A stretch of 64,000 nucleotides of DNA from Lepidodermella squamata (lineage: Eukaryota; Animalia; Gastrotricha): assembly GCA_047495785.1 (NCBI GenBank), contig JBLDXI010000042.1, positions 1,736,001-1,800,000 of the forward strand, given 5' to 3'. Shown here piece by piece: positions 46,012 to 57,655 of the stretch. Under the pieces are notes generated by a model, which made no database searches, was not told the origin of the DNA, and was given only the letters and a program-made list of their open reading frames with translations. Made by a program: the position numbers and the translations under genes. Position 1 is the first letter of the stretch, and every line of letters starts with the position of its first letter.

Positions 46012-47111
46012 CAGTGCTCCCTCGATATAAGCAAGGGGGCGGGATCCACGCGATTGCTCTTATCGAGGGTTGCTCTTATAGAGGGCTGTTAAAGAGCTAG
46101 CGATGAATCATAAGTGCGTCGCCAGGTTTTTTTCTCAGTTGCTAGGGCGACGTTGATTTTACTGGTTAGCCATATCCAAGATAATCTGGTGTTCATGTAA
46201 TGATTTTCGATGTGGTAGATAGTATTTGATATGCAAAGTATGATCCAATTTGATATGATTAATTGATCCACATTTGGAAATTGGAAGGTTAGCAAAGCTT
46301 GAAAGCCTTCATTAGAATTAAATGTAGCAATTCCATTTGGTTCGAATACAAACCATGGATACACTAGCGGATAAGCGAACAATGTTAGGTAAAATTCGGC
46401 TAGGAGCCTGTGATGCCTAAAACCTATCCAAGGTTGAAACGCATCTTTTCTCATAAATCCGTGACAAAAACTGAAGGACTCGGGGCGAACCTTGCTTGGA
46501 AATCTTATTGGAAGTTTGCTTGAATCTTGAGTCGAAGCTGCATCCTAACTTTATTTTTTCAGAATTCTATTGAATTAAAACAGATTCACGGCAATTCCTC
46601 GTGATGTGCTTTGATAGAATACAACATGCTTGAATGCCACCTTTATCTGTTCTCAACACTTCGGTCAAACAGTAGATAATCTGCGGTTTGCTTTTTATCG
46701 CTTTTTAAATCATTTTTTCTGACCCGTAACGTAATCACTATCATTCTTTAAAAAATCTCATCAATGGCTAGTAGTAGTGTTTGTGAATGAAGAAATACGA
46801 GAGAGCAAACGCGCGCGCACGATCTCAAAATTGAAGCCAGTGCTGAGATAAAAAACATCGATCTGTAAAGATGGAGATCAAGAGATCACGAGGCGCCGCC
46901 GTCCAACTGAAAAATCGAAAACGCCAGGAGCAGTGTTACAATTCTGTTGCTAACGTAAACAAATTCTTCATGTAAATTAAAAATTATCATGTAAACAATT
47001 TTAATTTGTCGAAAAATAATTTTTTAACAAATAAAATCAACGGGATCCAAAAAAAGTTGCTAGTAGCGAGGGATTGCTCTTATCGGGGTTGCTTATATCG
47101 AGGGAGCACTG
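46012..47111. mobile_element. Non-autonomous Tc1/mariner-superfamily (pogo/Tigger-like) element, 1100 bp
   Basis: Perfect 23-bp TIR CAGTGCTCCCTCGATATAAGCAA with TA TSD; no intact transposase. Confidence 0.85.
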
Positions 47112-47720
47112 TATTGGTGAAACTTGAAAAGGGTTCGTTTGGCAACATTAGTGCCAATCGATAGCCCTCGAACCCCGCTATCAACTGGCGTCGTGATTAG
47201 CTTCTTATCAAACGTAACCTGGCGTCCATGATTGAACAAATGGAAATTTGCTGCGGAAAAGAGTGTAAATTTGCTGCGGCCAAAAGTACCGTCCAAGAAC
47301 TAAAATGATATAATTTTCTGCAAATTCCGTTAATTGCAAGGTTCATGAAATGGGAAGGCCACGCCAATAACCCCAAGATATTGCAATTCATTCAATTCAT
47401 TTTCCATAAAAACATATCATAATGAAAATCCTGAATAGCGGAGCTACTCTCATAATTGGATTATTAATGCGCAACTTTTGGGTATGACGCTTTTAGCAGC
47501 TATCAGCCCACTCAAAAACCTAGCCACACAGCTATCTTAGTCTATCATGCGGTAAGATGACGGACTTAGAGGGTTATATATTATTTATCGTCAAGGTGAG
47601 TAGGTGTCGCATGCGCATGGCCTAGGGAGGTAGTGGGCGGACGTAGGCGTGCTAGAATCACCTTTTTCGTTCAAGCAGGCCAGGCAGAGTCTTACCTACG
47701 TTTTTAATCTCTTCGATAAC

Positions 47721-50700
47721 ATGAATTAAATTCTTGCAGCCTCTTACCTTCTAATCTTTGCAAGATCCACTTGTTCGCAGGCAACAATTTGCTCTGGCGC
47801 AACTTACCAGCCGCAGTATTCGCTTGTAGACTTCTCGAACTTCAAGTGGGGAGGCCAGCGTAACTATATTCTCAAAACTATATCCTTGAGCAATTCGGAC
47901 AGTGGGACAGCGGCCGCTCCTAATCTATCAGTAAGTTGTTTGCTACTACAGCGCGTTACAGTAGTTGCCCAGTAGTTGAACACTCCCATGGTGAATGGTT
48001 CGATGGTATTTTACCCGGTTAGACCAAATTGTCTTGGACTTTGAAATCCCATTTACAAGTGACATACTTACTCGATTACTATTATTGTTACTTATTCAAT
48101 TTTTATAAAAATTTTCTGGCCATGAGATGGTACTTCGTCTCTCATTTTAGGGTTTCAGAACCCTTTTCCGTGTATTTTCTCATGGGGTAACGCTGTACCT
48201 CTTTGTGAGCTTTGGCTAATTTAAATCAACGCTCTTATTTTTTAAAATTGCAATCGAAAATTGTTTGTATCATTCACCAATGTAATTTTCAACAGCCGTT
48301 CACTCTCGACGACTTTTATGCTGAAATAACCATTTCGATGGCAACATATACCACCGAGAGTCCTCATCCCGGGTTCAGCGTGCTATTCAACAGTGAGACA
48401 TTTGGCAGTTATGATGGAAGTCTGGACATGGGTATGGCTTTCTTTCCTACCTTTATTTTACGCCTCATGTTCCACGTATGGCCCCAGGGTTGCGCTTAAC
48501 AATATCCCCGTCGACTGGCTCTGTTATTGGAGGCTGGTTTCCTTTGCCCGACGCCAAAAAATGGTTGGACATGGGCAAGAGCCAATCATGCGCTTCGTAC
48601 GCCATGTGCTGGACTGGCTCGCAAACGCTGATGATGACATACCTGAGCGGGAAAAAAGTCACGTGGAAGTTACGAATGAGCCGGAACAGCGTGTCACTTT
48701 CCGCTTGCGTTTTCAACACTAGTGACTGTTTGAAAACCCTGGAGAATGCTGCGCTGCCAGCTTCCTTACAGACTACGTTTGGCGATTTGGATACCTATTT
48801 TTCGATGATGGCTGCAACCGATAAGGCAGTCGAAGTTTACTCGATTACTGTCTGGGACTGCGCAACAGGATCAACCACAACAGTGACACCCACGGTTAGT
48901 AGAAATGTTCATTAAACCCTTCCGTGAATGAATAATCGCAATTGTTTGATTAAAGTGCGCCTTAAAAATCGAACTTTTGCATAAATTATTGATCCCCTAC
49001 GCAATGAGTGCGGATGTTATTTTCTTATGCGCTGTCGGTATTTTCGAGGTTAATCCGAGGTGATTAACTTTGCAAAATATTAGAAAAGTTCGGTGAAATC
49101 AAGTTAGTATCTCAATATCAACTTGAGTTTCGATCCTAATTAGAAGTCCTGTCTTTTAAGGAGGAAGGGAGCATCCTAGATTTTAGAAATGTTTAGAATT
49201 CGACATTCCGAAAAAATTTTCTAATCCCTGATTAAAGACTAATCCAAGAATACAAGAATCGGGCAGACTGTCATAACAGCAAATACCAAAAACAGCAAAC
49301 GCGACAAAACAGAAAATTGTTCAACTTGCGAAATAACAGCAGAAAGTCGATGCATAGTAAGTTGTTGCTGTTTCGTCGCGAATAAAAAAAATCTGTTATG
49401 TCGTAATTGCTGTTCTGCGGAGTTGCTGTTTTGCCGCTGTACCAAGAATCGTCCTTCAAATAACTTCGAAAATATAACAGAAAATTCGCCCAACTCCACT
49501 ACTAGCCAGACATTTTTCTATTACTGGTAAAGGTCCAACCCCAAAGTCTGATGTGCTCGAAAGGAGTATTCCAGCCGCAACTCTCGATGCAAAGCTTGAT
49601 CGACCTCGTTACAAACTGGACGTACAACGTTGACCTAAAAAAATCCTACCAATACCAGGCTATGAGTTTGTCAACCGAGGATGATTCACGTGCAGCTATG
49701 TTTGCGAAAGCGGTCAGTATAGATCAGCCAAAGTATTTGAGGAATTAAAGAAACTTTTGTAATTCGCAGAAGTTCAATCTAACAGATTACTACGTGGAGG
49801 CAGTATTAGTCAGTCGTCTGGATTCTGCAGCCCTATTTGCCATCTCTCAAACCTGGAATTCCACTGATACTAAAGTCACCGGTAAGCTAAATTTCCGCGA
49901 ATTAGATGGAATGACACTGCGTTTTCCATTATTAGGACTTGGCATTTATCTCCCAAATGTGGATAGGGATTCTACTAAGGATCGTGATGTTCCTTTGGGT
50001 CGATATTTGACTGCAAATTTCTTGAATAAAGACGCCGACCAGTCGAAGATAAGGAATTGCAGTGGCGCAAATGCGTGCTATATGCCAAATCAGCATTTCA
50101 TCACATCGTACATGCAAACGGGATCTGTTTGGCAGCTCAGAGTGAAAGGCAACGATTTTTCTTTAAATGTGTGTCGTGCCGGTTTGAAATACTGCGCACG
50201 CGTGTTCAATGCAACTATCGACCATGGCATGGATTTCTCACGCATGAACCTATCTCTGGGAATCATTGCAGCTGATGCCCATTCTAGCGTCGGTGTGTTT
50301 TCTATCAGCGTTTGGGACTGTTCGCAAACTGCTAGTGGAACGGCCGCAACTTCGAAACCTGAACTACCAGTTTGCTCGAACGCAGTTTTGCAGCCGCAAT
50401 TTTCGATGGCTAATATAAGTCTATTCAAAGCGAACTGGGGATACGCTCAATCGGAATGGCGACCCAGTGAGATGTTATATTTTCCAGGTTATTTGAAGCT
50501 CAGCGAAGTTGACTCAGTGTCATCGTGGCTGATTTCGCAGAAAGTGAGAAATTTTTTCGAAAAATGTTACAAAAAATAAATTAATTTTTTGAACATCAAA
50601 GGCATTTAAACTCGACGATTTCACCGCTGAGATAACAATGTTTTTGGGACCATATGAAGCTAATCAGTCAGGGTTTGGAATTTTCCTGACCAACCAGTAC

Positions 50701-53490
50701 TCTAACAGTCGACAAATGCAATATGCAATTAGCGGCAGCGAAAATATCGGTGAGATTCTCTGCTTTGCTTTTTGCCTCGATATATTATTGACGCGTTTCA
50801 GGACTAGCCCTGCTCATATCACCTGTGAAGCGAAGCGTCTTCGGCGGTTTGATTGGTCCAGATCCCGATGAAACGAAATGGGGCAGCCGGAATAACGGCG
50901 GACCTTGTGGATCGTTTGAGTGGTGCTGGAAAGATCCGTCGAACCTAATGGACCTTTACCTCAACGGCCGTATGGTAACGTGGAAGCTGCGGGTCACTAC
51001 AACGAGTATATCGCTTGACTTTTGCTTGGTTGATACCAGCGATTGCATAAGAACACTCGATAAGGTCGCGCTTTCTACTTCGTACCAATCGATGTTTGGC
51101 GGCATGAATTCGTATCTGATGATATCAGCCACGACTAACCAGGAGATCAATTTGAATGCAGTCAATGTATGGAACTGCGCCGATGCGAACTACGCTCCAG
51201 CGGCATCGGCAAGTTACTTAATTGTTGATCTTATCGATAACTTATAAGGTACCCAAGTTTTTACTACAATTGTGCAATAGGGAAATAGCTCTATGAATTT
51301 TTAATTATTTAATTATTTATTTTTGTACTAATTTGTAATATTTAATTTTTAATTAATTTTAATACTTTGAGGTGGATTTTTTACAATTTATTTTTGAAAA
51401 TCTCACAGGGCTATTTTGTTATTGTTTGAAATTTCAAGATTAGCTTGCCGTAGAGAAATCATAATGGCTAGCTATAGAATATTCTCTTATTTTTTGAATA
51501 ATTCGCTGCCCTTCATATAAATGTGCAGTGAGATAATATGTATCCAATTAACTATTTTATCAGCAGCTGCAAGCTCACAATCTGATGTGTCCCAAAGGCA
51601 TCCAGCAACAAAGATTTTCATATGAAAACAACGAAAATCCATCAAATGCTTGGGATATCTACACCAATCCAATTCAATTGCCATTCGACTACTTGTCTTT
51701 TGGTACTCTCAGGCTGTCAATGCTCAAAAATGTATCCATGTGGAGCAAAGCTGTAAGTAGATTTTATGCTCTGCGTATTGGTTTTTTTCCAACTGATCGA
51801 ACTTTCAGAGCTTCAACTTGACCGACTTCTACGTTGAAGCATTGCTGACGCCAATATCTGGCGGCATCGTTTTGATGATTGCCAACAGTTCAGTGATTAT
51901 CAGGCCAGATTCTAGCGGGAACTTAAATCAATCCTTTGATATCAACGACATGATTGTCAATAAAAATTCGTTCTCAGGTTTGAACTTTTTCAATTGAAAA
52001 TATTAACCTAGTGTTGTCTGTACACAGGCCTTGCAATCTACGCTTTGGCCACCCAAGGTGTACCTCAAGAATATTCGACGCTCAACTTGAAGAGCCAAGC
52101 CAATACTCCATGCTATCAATTGGACGGCACTCAGTCGCACTGCTTTCTCAATTGCACCACATCCGATGCGTGCTATAAACACTCACGTTTGTTCCTTGAA
52201 ACCTATTCCGGTTACCAATCAATTTTGCAAATTCGAATGCGGAACAAGGAAGTTACTGTCGACGTTTGCCGCGTTAATTCAATTTTTTGCTCACGAATTT
52301 TCGCCACGACATTGAACAATAACTTGAATTTTGCCAGCATGAATAATTCATTTGGCATAAGCGCTACTGGCATCCTTGATTTATCTTCGGTCAAAGTCTG
52401 GGATTGCGCAATACCTTTCACTGGAACGGGATCGGTTGAAGCATTGGCAACCATGACAGCCGATAAGTTACCAGAGAGCGACAAAGGCTTGGTGAACTTC
52501 CTGCCTCCATCCTCGGGACTTTCAACTTCCGATTGGTCGTCGTGCTCCACAACTTGCGGGATTGGCTTGAAATGGCGACTAACGGCGAATGGAACGAAAG
52601 AGAGCCAACAGTGCTCGAATTCCGGCCGATGCCCGGCGACTACAGAGGAACAATCGCGCGGTGTCGATTTGATCTTCTCGCCTGTTCCAACTCTGGACGG
52701 CTATTTCAAGGCGAGAAAGGCGATCAAACTCACCCTGGCGAGGAAGATTAGTGATACTTGCGCGAAAAACTACTCGAAATGCTGCCCAGCTTACACTGCA
52801 TGGACAACAAGCCCTACTTTCAGCTACGTCGAAGCTGATGATCTGATCGATTCGAACTACGCCAATACTTCATTGAAGGCGAATGGCTGCTGCTTCAGGG
52901 TTACGATTCTGATCAGCAAAACTACACCGGGCAAATTTTGCGAGGCTGGTGGGAAGCTGAAATCAGCCAGTAGTAGGAAGAAACGTGCGGCAGCCGATTC
53001 AACTATATTGAGCCAGGCAGATCTCAGCGCGGTGATTGCAGACCCTGATTTCAAGAAAGCGCTATCGACAGAGCTTGGCTATTCAGTCGAAACGAATGCC
53101 TGTCTACCAACTGAGAGTCGGTGCTCCGGGGAAGACGCTCTACCATCGCAGCAATCCTCTCAGTCAAGTGGCGATTCTGGATCAAGTGGACTGAGCCAAA
53201 CTACGATAATTATCATTGGGTCGGTTGTTGGGGGAGTTGTAGTCCTTGGAATCGCGATCGGCTTAATCGCTTACTTTTGCTGCGTTAAGAAGAACGCGGC
53301 GAATAAGATATCACCGCCCTATCACCCAACCGATCGTAGAATGTCGACTGGAGTTGGAGCGAATGATTGGTACACAGATCCGAAGGCAGGGGTTTATGCT
53401 CCTCAGCGGGCTTCTTCGAACGGAATGCCGGTTCAGTTCTCCGGCAAATATCCGATTCATTCGCAGAAGCCATACGGCAACAATTTTTGA
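47721..53490 (+). CDS. Type I membrane receptor-like protein, 11 exons, ~1342 codons: 4 tandem L-type-lectin/ConA-like domains, TSP1 repeat, Cys-rich juxtamembrane domain with RKKR, TM, Tyr-containing tail; TAA at codon 3
   Basis: Exons 47721-47930, 48296-48431, 48488-48894, 49533-49712, 49770-49881, 49936-50543, 50602-50749, 50802-51208 (GC donor), 51564-51752, 51809-51977, 52028-53490 total 4029 nt in one frame; WSSCSTTCGIG..R; TM IIIIGSVVGGVVVLGIAIGLIAYFCC. Start is uncertain. Confidence 0.8.
49262..49443. mobile_element. Intronic copy of the short dispersed repeat at 37586-37924, in opposite orientation
   Basis: GGCAGACTGTCATAACAGCAAAT...GCTGTTTTGCCGCTGTACC. Confidence 0.6.
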
Positions 53491-53758
53491 CTGCTGATAA
53501 CTGATTTTCAAAGATGCACGGCTTATACATCAAAACAAATAAGTACTCTTTGAATTGATTGATTGGTGATTGGTGACATGTGCTCTGTAAAGAATCCATG
53601 GTTCATGGTTCAATTAATTATCACATTTGACGATGATCCTGTGTTGTGTTTTATCAAAAAAAATGGGTTGAAACGACAGCGGTGAATGAGCGCAAATCAA
53701 GTAAGCAGTCTACGAATCGGTCCGGAAATTATTGTGAGTTCACCTAAAGAGCGCCTTA

Positions 53759-54010
53759 CAGGGTGCGATCTTCGATCCCGGAGCTGCCGGGGATGGAAAA
53801 AATTTTTTTGCTGTATTTGCCAAAATGACTGGTCATTTTGACTTATAGCCGAGCGAAGCGAGAAAATTTTGAAAATTGCTTACTAAAACATGCTCCACAA
53901 CCTCTCAAAATTAACAAAACAGTGGGATAAATTCTCATTTTGTTGTCTGGCCTGGCCGAGCTGGGGGGGATGATCCCCCCCATCCCCCCCCCCCTGAAAG
54001 TCGCACACTG
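53759..54010. mobile_element. 252-bp hAT-type MITE
   Basis: Ends CAGGGTGCGA / TCGCACACTG; 8-bp TSD GCGCCTTA. Confidence 0.82.
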
Positions 54011-54337
54011 GCGCCTTATATAGTGGGAAACCTGTGTTATCAGTTCCGATCTACCTGAGAACATCTGTGGCCCCTCTGCAGAACGACTGGCAGCAGGGCC
54101 CCGTTTCAGAGTGCTCTGAATTCAGAATGACTGCTCAAATATATCAATGCTCTTGAGTCATAAGTCTTCTGCTGGAGAGCTGTCTGCTGAAACAGCGATT
54201 GCTGAGGTTAATGCTGGAGTATCGCCTGCTCAAACACCGCTGAAGTGAAGTCGCTGAAATAAGTTCTGCCGATCTGTCTTGCAACCATCAATTAACGTCA
54301 TTTGGAGTACAATTTAAAATGAAATTCTTATCGCTCC

Positions 54338-54718
54338 CAGGGTGCGATCTTGGATCCTGGAGCTTCCAGGGATGGAAAACATGTTGTACATGTTATACTT
54401 TGCCAAACTGACTAGTGAGTTTGACTACGAGCTTTTTCCAGTGTCGAAGATGGCGGGGGGGGGGGGGACTGTCCTACTAAGCCTAACCACAGGGGGGACC
54501 CTTATGTTTTCTTTCCTGGCCCCTGCAGAAACTTGAGCGATGTAAGGGGGGCCCTTACCTATATTCCCCTTTCGCTGAAATCCTCAACTTCTACTCTGAT
54601 TTGTTCTCTAAAACACGACATAAAACCTCTCAAAATTGACGAAACAGTGGGATATATCTTCATTTTCTTTCCCGGCCTGGCCGAGCTGAGGGAGGATACC
54701 CCTGAAAGTCGCATACTG
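54338..54718. mobile_element. Older, longer copy of the same hAT MITE family
   Basis: CAGGGTGCGATCTTGGATCC...CCTGAAAGTCGCATACTG; no TSD retained. Confidence 0.65.
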
Positions 54719-55611
54719 ACCTAGGTAATTAAGGCGTTGCTTTTCAATTAATCTACCGGCTGCGATAATTTCACCGCACCTAGAGCACATAGAGCCTAAT
54801 GTTTCTGATTTAATTCATTACTGTAAACTGTAATTCCTATTAAGACGAAGCGCAACCATTTATATTTTTTGGCGTTTAATCCTATTTCCTCGTCTTTTCT
54901 GTCGTATACCTATGTTTAAATAGATATTTTGAAATGCTTAAAAATGTCTTTGTTGCTCTGAAAGCAACACGGGAAAGAATCCTGAGACAAGATCACAAGT
55001 CGAAAAAATATCGGACAATCAAAATTCAATATTCACGGGACAACTTTTATATCGCAGATCGCAGTATGCTGAGAGAGGATGATCCATTTTTTTAAGAATT
55101 TCCATAAACGTTCCGAATGAACCAAGTGCGGCAGAAGAATGAAATTTTTTAGCGAATTTTCGAAAAATATCAAGACTTTTTTGAAAAGGGGAACATATGG
55201 CTTAGTCGATTTTTGAAATTGATTAAACTCATAATGGGCGGGTTGCACTCTTTCGAATTCAGCTCTAATCTCAAATAAATTAGCAGCCTATTTTTGAGTT
55301 TATGATCCCTCCAAATCAATCAATGGAGCGGGATTGACCAAACCACAGGGAGGGGCCCTTTGGTCTGAAAATGCATGGCCAAAAATATTCGAAAATAGCT
55401 CGAGGATCCTTCTTTTGAGCGGTTATAAAACCTGATCAAAATGGCAAATATTAATAAATTAATACCCATCGCGTAGTTTCATACGATTTTTACAATAATA
55501 CGATAGCTGAAGCGATCAGTGATTGATTGAATGCAAGGGTTGTACGTGAGTCTATAGGAAGTTTGGATTTCAGACTTCCGGCGTATCACGAGTTCTTGGT
55601 TGATTTGTCAG

Positions 55612-56050
55612 TAGGGATTTTCAAGCAGCTACCTTTTATTCACAGGTTGGAACGGCAAACTCTCCCCCTCATTCTGCACCTAAATTTATTGCCCATTGCT
55701 TAACTCCTTGCTACGCTCTGTCATTACGAGGCTGTCACTGAAATCAGCAACACCATTACTTCAATAAATCAATGGAATACTAATTATTTCAAGTCACACG
55801 TGATCGATGAAAGAAATCAATTTCCGATTACCAAGATTTTCAAGCTAGTTATAATTCCGAGGTTTGACCGGCAAAGTCTGTCCCATATTATGCACTATGC
55901 ACAGATCTAAATTTATTGCCCATTGCTTTATTCTGTAATTACGAGCCTGTCACTAGAAACAGTAAAACGAAACGCCGAACAAATAATTCGAATGCTAATT
56001 ATCACAAGGCACGCGCGAATCGATGAGAGAAGTCAATTTCCGATTACCAA
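55612..56050 (+). promoter_or_regulatory. Tandemly duplicated ~220-bp type B upstream module
   Basis: Two diverged copies of GATTTTCAAGC...CGGCAAA...CTAAATTTATTGCCCAT...TTACGAG.CTGTCACT...TCAATTTCCGATTACCAA; a single copy lies at ~22540-22735. Confidence 0.65.
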
Positions 56051-56082
56051 ACCATTCTATAAAATTTAATTTTTTACAAACC

Positions 56083-56952
56083 ATGATATTGCTCATTTCA
56101 ATAAGCATCATCGTCTTTGTGGGTTTGTGTTTTATCTAACATTATCTATCTAAAAATAACAGCTGCTTTTTCGATTAGGCATTGCCTTTTCTGAAGCAGG
56201 GATTGCTACTGCCAGGCGGCAGTCCAAGCACAGATCATGGCGGCGTATCGCCCTCGGCGACAATGCTAACACCAACTCGAATGTGAATCGAATCGAGAGT
56301 TCGCCGTATTTCTACTATGCGATCGATGATGGCGGCGACGAGGTGGCTCCGCCGCTGCTGCCCTGGTGGATCTACTACCACCCGAAACCAACGACACCGT
56401 CTACAACTAGGCCAACTGAAGCTCCGGTAAGAATTTCTACGGAGTAAATGAAGAGAAAATTTAAAAAAAATTTCATTGGTTTTTCAGGCTGTATTTTCTC
56501 GCTGCCTCGGGCCTGATGGTGTGGTAACATGCCGATCGACCGCTTGCGACAGTAATGAGAAGAAATACCCGTCGACAACCTATGCCAGCAAGTCCGCATG
56601 CCAGAACGCCGTTAAAACATTGACATTTTACCCTAATGGCGGGCAAGTGTCTCAAGCTGTCACGTACTGTACCAATCTTGGCGGACTGTTGGCGACCATC
56701 AAGACGCAAGCGGAACTTGATGTTGCTATGGCACTTAAAGGATCAACTTCGTTTGCTCACATTGGCCTGTCGAATGAGTCTGGGCAGTGGACATGGGCCG
56801 ATGGCACGCTGTATGCCAACATGCCGCCTTGGGGCGCTGGCCAACCAGGCAACCTGGCAAATGCTTGTGCCACTCTGTGGGATGGCGCGCTGGTCTACGC
56901 AAATCGCTGCTTCGATGGCGCACCGGGATTCTTCTGCGAAACCTATGCTTGA
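56083..56952 (+). CDS. Type B secreted C-type lectin, 3 exons, QPG-type CTLD
   Basis: Exons 56083-56122, 56179-56426, 56488-56952. Confidence 0.87.
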
Positions 56953-57655
56953 TTTCGCCAAAAAGCTACTAACAATAAAAGGAAATCAAACTTCATTATT
57001 TATAACTATGTGTATACTGTTCAAGCAGATTTTGACTATTTTTGAACATCGGTTTATTGTTTATTCGGAAATGGAAACAAGAGGATAATAATAGCAAGGA
57101 TAAATAATATCCGGGAAATTCCACGTCAAATAATATGTTCAAATGTTGAATCGTTCGAATATCAATTCGTATAGAATTCAATTCAACAACATGAAAAGTT
57201 GTGGATCTGGCTGAAGTTGGCGGTCCACTTTTCTTTTTTCTCAGCTTCTCAGCAGAGAAATGAAATTCCCCTCCGATCTGGAACCGATCTGTAACCGATC
57301 TGTAACCGATCTGGAACCCCGAAAACACATATTAACCCGTTTTCCGGCCATGCGTAGACGATCGTATGCCCAGACGATCATGTCAAACGGCCCTCGATTA
57401 GCCGAGAAATAGAGATGAGCGAAGCCTCGGCATCGTCTCGCCTTATTACGTGGGGTTTTCTTCGAAACAAGCATCCCCTAGGACACCATAAAATTTAACA
57501 GTCAAGAGTGGTTTATGAGCACGTTTCCTACTGATCAGCTTTTTATTGAAGTTAATCTGTATTCACATTATTCCCAAGAAAATTGATATCAGAAAATATT
57601 CAGAAATTGTTATAATAGATTGAAGCCTGCTGATACCATGTCAGTATTCGTTTCA

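Noticed and set aside
45757-47340. Larger element around the pogo-like insertion (inverted GCAGCAAATT repeats, TAATTGCAAG direct repeat)
   Set aside because: The termini next to the direct repeats are not inverted repeats of each other, so boundaries cannot be supported.
47983-48050. tRNA-Gln-like fragments in receptor intron 1
   Set aside because: Only two short matches, with wrong spacing and no T-arm.
57272-57320. 11-bp tandem repeat CCGATCTG(G/T)AA as a CRISPR-like array
   Set aside because: No spacers, only four units, and a eukaryotic context; it is an ordinary minisatellite.
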